Below are positions 10,860 to 23,312 of a stretch of 64,000 bases of DNA, piece after piece. Every line of letters begins with the position of its first letter. The first letter of the stretch is position 1. The notes below the pieces were generated by a model. That model did no database searches. It worked only from the letters and a program-made list of their open reading frames with translations, and was not told where the DNA came from. The stretch spans positions 12,152,001-12,216,000 of the forward strand of contig JBHGNT010000016.1 in the NCBI GenBank assembly GCA_043228905.1. The letters run 5' to 3'. Origin of the DNA: Azolla caroliniana. Lineage: Eukaryota > Plantae > Polypodiophyta. Position numbers and translations under genes: made by a program.

Positions 10860-13470
10860 CTATTGGTTCTTTTCATCTTCTTCCAGTATGCCGAGGATAT
10901 CCTTGGTGGCGTGTGGTTGATCATTTTAATCTGAAGGGGGAACTTCAGATGTGGCCACGTTCATCCAGTTTGGAATTGGTGGCAGGGGTAGAGTTGGTGA
11001 AAGGGGGTTTTCTGCTGAGTGTAGTGTAGCCGCGGCTTCGCGTTGAGTATCGCCTATTGGTTTTGGCTCGGGCAGGGTTGTATTCTTGGTTTGTCGTTCT
11101 AGTGTGGGGTTGGTGTTTGCAGGGGCGGATCCCTCCTAGCGTGCTTCAGTGGTATATGTTGTGGCCGACGCTCGTTGAGTTTCGTCCGTTATGGGAGCTC
11201 TATTGGCTGTGGAGGTTTGATTTTTGGTGGCTAAGCGGTCTTCTTCATAAGCTTCAATGTCTATGTGAAACAACATCTGATCATCGTTAAAGTCTTTGAG
11301 GAGTTGTTCGATTGCCGCGGTGTGAGACTTTGCTAAGGCATGGAATTCCTCGGTCAGTTCTTCACGGAGGAGTTGGATGCTGTTCTCATCCATCTTATAA
11401 AATCCTCGGTCCTCCTTCCGTCAGTTCTCGGCATCCGCGCACAATACTTGTAGGTCAGCGGCTTGGGCCGACCACTCCTACCATGCACGGGCTAGTGTTT
11501 CCTCAATCTTACTGTTAAACCGCTGCTGATGCTTGGCGACCAATGCCTTGATTCTGGTTTCGGCCATACCGATTTGAGCACAACAGGCTTCCAATTCTTC
11601 CCTTGTTGCCTGGGCTTCTTGCTGGCGTTAGCAAAAGATGTGTTCGCAAGTGGATTGGAGGCTGGCTGCCTTTGCTGTTAAGATTTCGAGTTCTCATTTA
11701 AGGTCAGCTTCACATTTTGCGGCTTGTTCCCGTAGTTCGCCGAGTTGGCTGATAGCTTCGTTGTGACGTTTCTTTGCCTCTTCGGTGATAGCGGACTTAG
11801 GCCTTGAGCTCTTCCTCATAGTTTCGTGAGGGAGGTTCAGTTTGAGTAGAAGCCTCCACAGTCTAGGGATGGGGTGCCCTGTCTGTTTGCGTAGATTTCT
11901 CGGTAGTCGTGACGACAGGATGTTGTACCGAATCGGTGATCGTGGATGCTTCGACGGTGGTTACCACGGGGTGGGCCGTGTCGTCTGTTTGTGTTCCAGT
12001 TTTGACAACACGTGATATCGGGTTTTGTGGAGGGGGTGGTTGGGAGTTGCTATTAGGAGGTGGGAGGCCTAAGGGTTGAAAGTCGTGAAGCTGTAGCTCC
12101 AACACCGTGATTATTTGTTTGGAAGCTTGCCACATCGGTAGTCCATTCCGCTTGCTTCTGGGCCGTTTTGCTGCATCGTGCGATTTGTTTGGCCGTGCGA
12201 GTCGTGCGGTCCAAATCCCGGTATGCCTCCACTAGGGCCGTGTTTAAATCTGGTAGTTCCATGAGCAAAGGAGGGCTCTTTGCCTGCTTCTTTTGCCCGA
12301 TCTTTTGTAGAGCTAGTTCCTCATCAGGTTCGAGTTCTCCCATGAGGGCACGTTGAATCATCTTAGTCTCCGCATGCTCCTCGGCCATACGTGTTGCTGC
12401 AGCTACTTGGCCGCGCGCGAGGAAGTCCATCAATTCGTACGTGGTGCCAAGCTGGAGTAAAGCACTGAATTCATATGCCTCCATGGGGAGGTCCTTGTAA
12501 CCCAGTACTTCATCCTTCGATATTTGGGTGGTTTGCCCATGTTCGATTTTGTCGATGAGGGACAAGGTCCCTACTTCAGTGGTGGCCATGGAGAGTACGG
12601 GAGTCAGACGTGCTTCCTTTGATTGAAGCTGTTGGTTACCCCCGAGGTTTTCTGTCATTTCTTGATTTAGGCGTCTTTTCTTCTTGGGGGGTACTAAGAC
12701 CCTAGTGCATTTGGTGTCACGACCTTGGCCTGGTTTGTCCGTGGTGGCCGTACTCCGGAGGGCTGCTGGTTGGTTGAGCGAGGGCTCTACCGTGGTGAGG
12801 CCACCGATACCCTTGGTGGCTTCTACCATATGGTGACATCCTCGGTGGTCGGCTCAAGGGCATCGTCCCATTCGACACGGTTCAAGGTCAAGGCCCTTTG
12901 TCTTTGCGTTTTTGGTGGTGGTGTCGGAGATGTGGGGGCGCGCCGAGGGGATGTCGTGGGGTGTGGGTATAGCACCGTGAGGTATTGTGCCAATATGGGT
13001 AAAAAACGCTTACTAGATTGAAAGGACCCCAAAGTCGCTCGGACTCCTTCGCCGGTGTGGATTCCTTAGTCCACGGTTCTGCCTTGGTACGCCTTGATGA
13101 TGATGGCGGCCTTCTTCTGCGGCATGTTGGTGGGGTTTGTATGCGCAAAGGCATATTCCATCAATATCCGAGCGATTTCACCAAAGAACTTGTTTGGTCC
13201 TCTGTACGTGTGATACGCCTTCCTAGAAACCGAGTATAAGCAGAATTAGTCTTTGAGGATCATGTGAGGTGGGACCTTGACATCGTGTTTTCCACCGTGC
13301 TGGAGGTCTAACGCGGAGCGAATGATGTTGTTAGTCACCATGTCTGGGTGTAACTGCTGTGCAATCTCCTGAGCTTCGGGGTGAGGAGGTGCGTCGATGA
13401 CTCGAAGGTATCCACCCAAACCACGTCTCTGCAACCATGTGTGGATTTCTTGGGAGACTTCGAGAGGCAT
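10860..13470 (-). pseudogene. Extra ORF (~870 codons, with stops and a frameshift) downstream of integrase, sense to pol; globular N-terminus, then Pro/Thr-rich and coiled-coil-like segments
   Basis: Fragments 13246-13470, 12823-13032, 12053-12829, 11863-12135 and 11136-11393 read continuously; homologous copy at 27655-30082 (+). Confidence 0.7.
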
Positions 13471-14526
13471 GGTTGAATCGTGGGATGATTGAGAAGGGAA
13501 GTGGATGAGACAAGGGCTAGACAAAGAGATGGAAGAGGTTGTTCGAAAGCGGGGCCATGGTTCTGTGCAGGTATTCGGAGAGCGAGATGACGGAATGGAG
13601 CGAGACAACGTGACTGTGTAGAGGGTGTGAAGACGAGAGAGAGTATGTTTGCAAGAACTGTGAGGGCATGAAAGAGCTTGTTTGCTAGATGGCTGCGAAC
13701 GCGGAAGAGCATTTGTGCGAGTGTATGCGTCGTTTGTGAGGTAACCACTTTTATGTGGGTGCCTAGGGTTTTGTGTTGGGCTGAGGTTCTCTAGATTCTT
13801 GATCTTTCCTACCATAATAAGGTATTATGGCCACGCGTCCCAGAACTGTTAGTGCTATTGCCCTCGTGTGGTGTGCATGTTCCTTAAATACTAGGTTAAT
13901 GTGAAGGTGTCTTCTAGTGCTCCTAATGATTTTCATGATTTTTTTTTAGTGATTTTATGTGAGTGCAGCTTTTAATGCTAAAGCTACTCCTAAAATTACT
14001 TAGGTAATGGGTTTACCGATTTTTCCACATGGCATCCCTCGTGGCGTCTACCGTAGGCTGGTCGGTGTCGTGGCTCGACTTGGCAAAGGGATTGGGTGGA
14101 ATAATTCTGTGGTATGGTTTAAGTCAGAACCCATTTACCCAACTTTGGACAATGTCGCCAGCGAGTGTGCCGAGCTGAATGGTGCCGTTAAACTTGTTGA
14201 TGATCCAGAAAGGGCCTGTCCATCGGAAACGTAGTTTTCCTGGCATTGCGCCGAGCCGTGTTTGAAAGACTACCATCGGTTTCTGTGCCTTTGTGGTGCC
14301 GATCCATGAAGGCTTTGCGTTGGCATTGGCGTTGTTCAAGATGGGACATACTGGCCACTCGGTTTTCTCCAAGTTCGAGAAGTTGCTCGAGTCGATATTG
14401 CTCTGATTGGGAATTTGGCAACCTTTCCTTGACTTGGACTCGAAGACTCGGAATCTGGAACTCGATTGGCATTACTGCTTCCAACCCAAATGCCATCCGA
14501 AAGGGGGTGAATTGAATGCTGGTTTT

Positions 14527-14927
14527 TGTAAAAAATAGCGTGAGGAAGCAATGGAAAACCGAACACAGAAAATACGCAGGTTTAATGGAGAGCTTGAATA
14601 TACACAGTACGCGGGAGAGACAGAGAGAGAGAACACACAAAAACTCAATTCAAAATAATACTCAATCTGTACATACACTATGCTCAGTGAGCACCTTTTA
14701 TACAAGCCCTGACAATAGGGCTGACACAAGTACTGACAGTACTTGATCGCTCATAAATGAGCCTACTACACTAACTCCCAAAATTATTCCTTATGAGGAA
14801 TATCTTCCCAACGGCCTCGCGGTTTTCACACCGATACGGCCATGTTATGCGTACCAATTTACGCACCCAGTCTACGCACTGGGTTACGCATCGTATTACG
14901 CATGAATGTTGACCTTGTCTCTCAACA
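14527..14927 (-). mobile_element. Solo Copia LTR inserted in the Gypsy integrase
   Basis: TG...CA ends, TSD GTTTT (14522-14526 / 14928-14932), similar to LTR 9655-10029; integrase reads YQTTFK|TSIQFTPF across it. Confidence 0.9.
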
Positions 14928-16582
14928 GTTTTGAATGTGGTCTGATATGCCCATAGTGCAATGTGAGGGTAGTATGACATGCTTTTCTTATGTACTATTG
15001 CATAGTGCGTGGTGAGCTCGCATATAATGTGATTTAGAAAATGCCCACCTTGGTCGCTAATGAGCTTGATTGGACATCCAAAACGACACCATAGATGTTC
15101 GTATACGAATTTTGCCGTGGATGTGGTAGTGTTGTCACATAGTGCCTCAGCCTCGACCCATTTTGTACAATAGTTGGTTGCTACGATGATATACTTGTTC
15201 ACGGTCTGAGCCACAACTGGTTTGAATGGTCCCACGAAATCTAACCCCCATTTTTGAAAGGGTTCTAACGGGAGGATGGGTTGATGCAACATTCGTGCTT
15301 GCTCGGTCGGCTGTCCCATACATTGACACAAATCACACTACTGATAGAATTCCTGAGCATCCTTTTTCATGGTGGACACTATAACCCGCTTTGCCATACT
15401 TTTCGTGCTGTGGAATCTCCAGCATAGTCACCTCCTGCTATTCCGCAATGTGCTTCCTGGAGAATTGCGTGCTTCTCAAATTGTCGTACTGCGCGATGCC
15501 AAATGCCATTCGAGCCTTTGTGATAGAGGGTGTCTGTGATGAGACAAAAATTTCGGCACCTGACTGCTAGCCGTTTCCGAGCATCTAGGAGTATGTGGTC
15601 AGGAGGAAAGCAGGTGTTGAAGAAATGGGTCATGTTTTTGATCCATTCTTCTTCGTTCTCGTCCGGTGTAGTTGTTGTTGTCAGACTGAAGAGGTTGGCG
15701 TCTGGTAGATCATCGTACGTCGAATCGGCTGGCTCCCCCAACTCGAGGCGACTAAGGTAGTTGGCTACTGTGTGTTGTACCCCTGGCCTGTGGTGAATCT
15801 GAAAGTCAAATTCTTGTAGAAGTAGCATCCATCGGGCTAGTTGACCCTTTGAGGGCTTGTTTGTTGACCAAATATAGAAGGGCCGATTGGTCAATGTGAA
15901 ATGTGAATCGTCGGCCTAGGAGGTAATGTCGAAACTTCGTGATGCTGTAAACCATGCCGAGGGCTTCACGTTCCGTTGTGGAGTAGTTCTTTTCCGCGGT
16001 TGAGAGACGACGGCTAGCATAATACACCGGCCGATACCAATTTGGTGGTGTGCATTGCATGAGCGCGCTTCCGATGACTATATCCGATGCGTCCACAAAA
16101 ACGTGGAAAGGTTGCGACCAGTTCGGTGGCTGTACGACCAGGGCATGTGATAACATTAGCTTCAAGGATTGGTAAGCTTCTTCTTCTATTGAGTAGCATT
16201 GGAATGGAAGACTATGTACGACTGCGTACAAGGGAGTCGCGAAATTGGCCAGGTGTCGTAACATCTGGCTATGCCGTCTAATTTGGCCCAAAAATTGGCG
16301 GAGGGCCTTCACGGTAGAGGGCGTGGGAGCATTCATGATGGCTTGTACCTTGTCGGGATCCATGGTGATTCCTTGCTAACGATGTGACCGAGGAGGTTGC
16401 GGCTTGTCACAAAAAATGCACATTTTGCTGGTTTAAGCTCAGCTGAGCTTGGCGACATCGGTCAAGATAGAAGCATAACTGGGCCAGGTGTTCAAATTGT
16501 TGGTCATATACGACAAAGTCGTCGAGGAAGACTTGCATGAACGCCGGAATATATTCGTCGAAGATCTCTGACCTGAATGCGT

Positions 16583-19500
16583 TGTTAGGATCAATACTAA
16601 GACAGAGAAGGAATTAGTACTAAAAGATGAGGATTAGTACTAAGAGAGGTGTAGAACTCTCGAGAGAAGGAAAGAGTGAGACAGAGAGAGAAATGGTGAG
16701 AGAGAATGATGATAAAAGATATATATTATGTGAAGAGAGTATACAATAGTAGCTAGGAGGCTTAAGACTGGCGTTGAACCGATTTGGTTCAAAATAATGC
16801 CTTGTGCCTCCTTTTATAGAGTTCTCAGGAGTACTCCTGAAGTTTCTAGAATGTTCAAGAGAACTCTAGAATATACATCAATTTCCTATAATAAAACTTA
16901 AATGAAAATAATATTTTTCGTATTACAATATATAGTCTAATGGAGCTCGACCCATGTAGCATAAGGTCATGACACTGTCCCCCCTTTAAAACGACGAGTG
17001 TCACGAGTCGTTTTGGATTGAGGACTTGGTTTGTCTGGATATTGATGATGGAAGTCTTCAAGAAGAACACGAGCATTGGTCACAATCTCTATCGGTTCCC
17101 AAGTACGTTCGCTGGGACTATATCCTAGCCAATCGACTAGATAGTAGAGCTTGTTGCGAACAATCTTTGAATCAAGGATGGTGGCAACCTCGTACTCAGG
17201 TCCATCTTCAAGCTCGATCAGGGGTGGAGGATGTGTAATACATCCTGGGATGGTGCTCTCTTGATAGGGTTCGAGGAGAGAACTATGAAACACCGGATGT
17301 ATCCAAAGTTGCGGAGGTAGATCGAGAGGAAAAGCGACATCATTAATCTTTCCTATAATACGAAAAGGACCTAATCGCTGATAATCTAACTTCTCACATG
17401 GGCGAGTAGTCTTGATGTGTCTTCGTAGTAGCCATACCTGATCTCCAATGTTAAAACTGGATGGAAGTCGATGACGATCCGTGTAAACCTTATGTGTTTG
17501 TTGAGCTTGCTAGAGATGAGTAGATAAATTGGCTTGTATCTTGCGTAACAACTCTAAACGATCCTCTACGCAAGGATTTGTGGACAACTCTGGGTTTCAA
17601 ATACACACCACCGGGGGTGAAAACCCGTATAAGCATAAAATGGCGTAACTTTAGTCGATGCGTGGACGGATTTATTATAGGCAAATTCGGCGAAGTGAGG
17701 AATATCTGCTCAATCATCCTGATGATAGCTTAGAAAGCACCGAAGATACTACTCCAGCGTTTGATTTGTTCTTTTTGCTTGGCTGTCAGTTTGTGGGTGG
17801 TAGCCAGAGGAGAGGTTACAATTGACCTTGAGCATTTTAAAAAGGTGCTTCCAGAATTTCGATACGAACTGGGGTCCACGGTCGCTGATGATACTATCGA
17901 GAAGGCCATGATGCTGACATACTTCATGCATGACAATTTTAGCGGTTTCTTCACTTGAGATTTCCTTAGTACATGGCAAGAAATGAGCCATCTTCATATA
18001 TTGATCTACTACTGTTAGAATCGCATTGAACCCCTTAGAGACTGGAAGATCTGTGATGAAGTCTAGAGCAATGGATTGCTACGGCTTGCTTAAAATTGGT
18101 AATGGTTCTAATAAACCATATGGATGATGCCTTGGCATTTTCGCTTTGCAGCATGTATCACATGTTCGAAAAAAATCTTCGTTGTACTAAATCTAATGTG
18201 TCATGACAGTTTTGGACTACTCGAAGGCGACAAGAACCATTAGGAACATACAAAAGTTCTTTAAAGAATAGTAATCCATCATGGTATTCGAATTGCTGAT
18301 AGTCCGTACCTGGTGGCTGCGACTGTGAACAAGATGCTCGAGAGGGATCAATTTGTACTAAAATGGCTTGGGTGAAAGCATCTGTCTTCAAGTCCTCAGA
18401 TATGGTATCGATAACGTGGGAATCCATAGGCATGCCAAAGACCTGTGTTGCTTGTAGTCGTTCTAGTCCTAAGATTACTTGCTTTTGGTTATTGAAAGCT
18501 GGCTCGCTAGGACGCGGTGCTAGGTATGAACGCCGTGATAATGCATCTGCCTTCCCTTGGTGCTTCCCCGGACGATATGTAATTTTGAAGTCGAAACACG
18601 TGAGGAATTGGGCTCACCGAGCTTGACGTCGATTTAACACACGAGCGTTCTAAAAGTAGGCAAGGTTTTTGTGGTCACTGAATACGGTGACTTGATGAGA
18701 GGATCCCTCTAGAAAATGCCTCCATTGCATAAAAGATTCCACTATTGCCAATAGCTCCTTATCATGAATTTCATTGTTGATTTCGGCGGCATCAAACTTG
18801 CGTGAGTGAAAAGCCACAGGATGTAGCTTTTCATCATTACCTCATTGTGACAGAATGCTCCCCAATGCGAAATCCGATGCGTTTGCTTCAATGATGAATG
18901 GTTTTTCTGGATCAACGTGAGCTAGAATTGGAGCCGATGTAAATGCCTTCTTAAGATTCTCAAAAGCCATGTCCGCTTCTTCAAACCAAATGAACGATTG
19001 TCCCTTCTTAGTAAGTTGTGTAAGAGGCAAAACCAGCTTTGAGTAATCCTTTATAAACTTGCGGTAGAAATTGGCAAAGCCTAAAAAACATTGCACATCT
19101 CGCAATGAACGCGGAGTTTGCCACTCTACCATTGTCATGACTTTAATGGGATCCATGGAGATGCCTTCCACGGAGATGACATAGCCCAGAAATTCCACCT
19201 GGTTGCACCCGAAACTACATTTTTCCAACTTTGCATATAGACCATGTTCTCGAAGTCGTTTTAGTACTAACAATACATGAGAATCATGCTCTTCTTGGGT
19301 CTTCGAATAAACCAATAGATCATCCAAATAGATGATCAACCAAACATCCAATAGATCTTGAAATATATCATTTGCCATGTGCTGGAAGACTGTTGGCGCA
19401 TTCGTGAGGCCGAACCGCATGACCGTATACTCGAAGTGCCCATATCTGGTGTGAAACGCGGTCTTCCATTCATCTCCTGGTCGGATCCGTACGAGGTTAT

Positions 19501-21368
19501 AGGCTCCCCGTAAGTCGATCTTCATGAAGAACCTTGCACCATTGATCCGTTCTAAAAGACTCGAGAGAAGGGGAAGTGCATACCTATTTTTGATTGTAAC
19601 CTTTTTCAAGCCATGGTAATCTACAACAAGACGAAGTGATCCATCCTTTTTCTTGATGAAGAAAATGGGTGCGCCGGCAGGAGATTTCGAATGCCGAATG
19701 AAACCATTTTCCAAATTCTCCTCTATATAGGCTCGAAGGACTTCCAGGTCGGTTGGTGACAAATTGTAGATGGGTCCCCATGGTGGCTCCTTTCCCGGTT
19801 GTAAATCGATGGGGCAATCATACGGTCGATGGTGAGGAAGCGTATTGGCTTGTACTTTATCCAACACATCGACATAATGACGATACTTCTCTGCAATAAA
19901 GACATAGTCGATTTGCTCAGCGTTGCTGCTTTTCTTCTTCGGATAATGGCCCTCGACGATGTGTAGTGTCAATCTCCATCAGAGTCAGAGTATTCATTGG
20001 AGGCACATTATATGACTCCCTCGAAAAAGGTTTCGCTACCACTGAGGCATAGGTGAGCTCTGATCTTGCCCTTGGCATTTGGAATTGTCGTTCTGAATGT
20101 CATTCGAAGAGGTGGTTGTCGCATCTCACCGCGCGATTGATTGCTTCTGTTAATGACTTTGGCTCTTCGGGGAAGGTCAAGAGTAAATCCTTGACATCGT
20201 TGCGTAAACCATAACGAAATTGCTCCATCAATGCTTGATCATCCCAAGGGATATCGACAACGAGTAGGCTGAAATCTGCAGCATATGCGGAGGCTAGATG
20301 GTCACCTTGGCGTAATCGATGGATTTTGTTGATTGCAGTCCTTATGCTGTCAGTATCTCCAAAACAGGCCTTAAACTCACTTATAAATTCTTCAAAATTG
20401 TTTAGTAATGGAGATTCCTTTTCCAACAATGGAGCGAACCATGCTAACACTGAGCCACTAAGGAGAGTGCCTACTAGTCCCACTCGTGATGCATCGGTGG
20501 GATATCGAGAAGGATGCATTTGTATCACTAAACATACCTGATTCAAAAAACCTCTAAACTGTGATCGGGTCCCATCAAATTTTGCAGGAAGATCGATATT
20601 GGGTTCTTTGTGAATCCCTTGAGTGCTTGATCCTTGTTGTTGTAATGATACAATAGTCTCTTCGAGTTGTTGTAGACGTAACGTCAACTCCCCGTGTTGT
20701 TGTTTTTCCAGCGTTATTTGTTGAAGATCCCCCAACAAACGGTGATTTTCTTGTTCTAGTGCTACAAATTTCTCTTTTAAGCACTGGAGCTCTAAGAAAA
20801 CAGATTGGTATTCCTGAGCGCTAACAATTTCCATTTTACTAGGGAGGATAAGAGGATTAGTATGAAAGGAATATGTAAGAAGATAAAAGGAAGAGGAGGA
20901 AAGGAAGATACGGAAGGAAGACCAAAAATCGTTTCAAACTGTGAGGATCAGTACTAAGACAGAGAAGGAATTAGTACTAAAAGATGAGGATTAGTACTAA
21001 GAGAGGTGTAGAACTCTCGAGAGAAGGAAAGAGTGAGTGAGAGAGAGAGAGATCGAGAGAGAGAGAGAAATGGTGAGAGAGAACGATGATAAAAGATATA
21101 TATGATGTGAAGAGAGTATACAATAGTAGCTAGGAGGCTTAAGACTGGCGTTGAACCGATTTGGTTCGAAATAATGCCTTGTGCCTCCTTTTATAGAGTT
21201 CTCAGGAGTACTCTTGAAGTTTCTAGAAGACTCTAGAATATACATCAATTTCCTATAATAAAACTTAAATGAAAATAATATTTTTTGTATTACAATACAT
21301 AGTCTAATGGTAAGAGCTTGACCCATGTAGCATAAGGTCATGGGTTCGAGTCTTGCCATATCATGACA
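16583..21368 (-). mobile_element. Degenerate Tcn1/Tf1-like chromovirus (Ty3/Gypsy): gag 20834-20100, RT 19972-18842, RNase H, integrase, chromodomain 17293-16967; protease region deleted
   Basis: LTRs 16583-16974 and 20940-21368 (TG..CA), PPT AAAGGGGGGACAG 16975-16987, KFDGTRSQFRGF gag, YLDDLL, YEVATILDS..YLVDWLGY..TWEP; TSD imperfect (TGCGT/TGTGC). Confidence 0.9.
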
Positions 21369-22867
21369 TGTGCTCTGGAATGAAGTGATAGTGCACTTCA
21401 ATATGCTTTGTGCGTGCGTGGAACACCGGGTTCTGAGTCATATAAATATTGCTCATGTTGTCGCAAACTGCAGTAGAGGGGAGTCAGATCCTTGATGGGA
21501 ACGCCTAGATCCTTCAAAAGGTTCAAGCAAGAACATGGAGTCTACTACGATGAGATATTCTTACCAGTAGTCAAAGATGACCACCCACCGACTCCTACTA
21601 GGAGTTGTAGCGATAGAAGATCTTGCGCTTGAGCAGATGGACGTAAAGACGACATTCCTACATGGAGATCTAGAAGAAGACATCTACATGTCTCAACCAA
21701 CAGGCGTCACGACGACGGGGGAGGAAAGACACCTCGTATGTCGATTAAAGAAACGTCTATATGGCTTGAAACAAGTGTCGAGGAAACAAGTGTCGAGGAT
21801 GTGGTACCAGAAGTTTAACTCTTACATTAGGCAACCTAGATACCGCAAAACTGACTCCGACCCATGTATGTATGTTCAGCAATTGGCCGATGAGTCCAAG
21901 ATCTATCTGTTCCTATATGTCGAAGACATGCTAATTGAAGGAAGCAATCAAGTAGAGATCAGAAAGCTGAAGCGGAGCCTTCACGACAAGTTCATGATGA
22001 AGGAACTCAGACAAGCCTGGCACATACTGGGCATGAGGATCGAGCGAAATAGGACGACCAAGAATCTTCGACTCTCCCAGTTCGACTATATCCGGAAGGT
22101 GCTAAAATGCTTCAACATGGAGAATGTGAAGCCAACACCAACACCGCTTCCGGCTTCGATCCAACTATTGGATAGAGAGTCTCATTCAATGGACAAGGAG
22201 AGAGAGTTTAATGGAAAGATGCCCTATGCATCAGCCGCAGGAAGTATCATGTACGCAATGGTGGCGACCCGACTCGACCTAGCCTATGTCGTAGGGGAGT
22301 TCAACTAATACATGTCAAACCCAGGGCGGAAGCATTAGGAGTCCTTCAAGCATATCTTCAGGTACTTGAGATGGATTGAAGATACACAACCGACTTTTGG
22401 TTTGACAACCTCAACCGAAGTTGAAGGCTACACCGATTCCGACTATGCTGGAAATAGAGATAATCGGAAATCGACATCAGGCTACATCTTCACCTATGGT
22501 GATGGTGCAATATCATGGAGGTCGAAACTTCAAGAGTGCACAACTCTATCTACCATAGAAGCCGAGTACATAGCGGTATCGAAAGTAGCAAAGGAAGTGA
22601 TCTGGTTGCACTGACTGTCTGCTAACTTCTCATATAAAAGCAGAAACAACCGGCTATCGCCAACCATCCATTGCTACTCAGGAGTGCAATACATCTTATC
22701 AACAATCCTGTCTACCACGCAAAGACAAAGCAATATTATCACATCCGTGAGCTCATAACCGAGAAGAAGCTCGAAGTCCGGAAAATCAACACCGAGGTGA
22801 ACATTGCTGATTGCTTGACGAAGCCACTCCCAGATCTACACTTCGGAGCACTAAGGATGAAGATGGG

Positions 22868-23312
22868 TATTAGAGACATGTACTAAAGTAAGCATTAGTT
22901 AAAGATAGATCTAGGTAGATAGAAAGAAAGGAGAGAGAGAAAGAAGGGTGCCGATCCACCCGACCACCCCCGAGCGAAGGGATCGAGACAGACTTGAGCC
23001 TCGATCGGCGTCCCATACCACCGCCGTGGCATCGAGTCGTACCTGGTGCTGGCGTGCTCGCTACAAGAGTGAACCCACCACAAGATAGAGTCAACCAACT
23101 CCTGAAATGAGGGTAGCTAGGCCTCTATTTATAGCGATACCCAAGGCCCCCAACCATGTTCACACTTGGCCTAATGGGTCGTGTCGATCTCGAGGATTTA
23201 AAAGTAATCCTCCCCTTCTTTACACTCTCGTTTAACCCTCACACTTATCCATGTGTATAGAATACTATGGTAAATTCTCACCACGGGATATTATATGGTC
23301 ATGCCCGTAACA
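22868..23312 (-). mobile_element. Solo LTR of a sister subfamily of the 2473-9488 chromovirus
   Basis: Clearly homologous to 2473-2926; TSD ATGGG (22863-22867 / 23313-23317); TG...TA termini. Confidence 0.92.

Larger units (their letters stand above)
10238..16570 (-). mobile_element. 5'-truncated non-chromovirus Ty3/Gypsy (Athila-like organisation): RT end, RNase H, integrase, extra ORF, 3' LTR 10749-10238
   Basis: FVDASD..YASRRL..EREALG (15806-16363), integrase WGLDFVGP..ISDQG (14771-15331), WTGPF; LTR homologous to 23671-24175. Confidence 0.9.
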
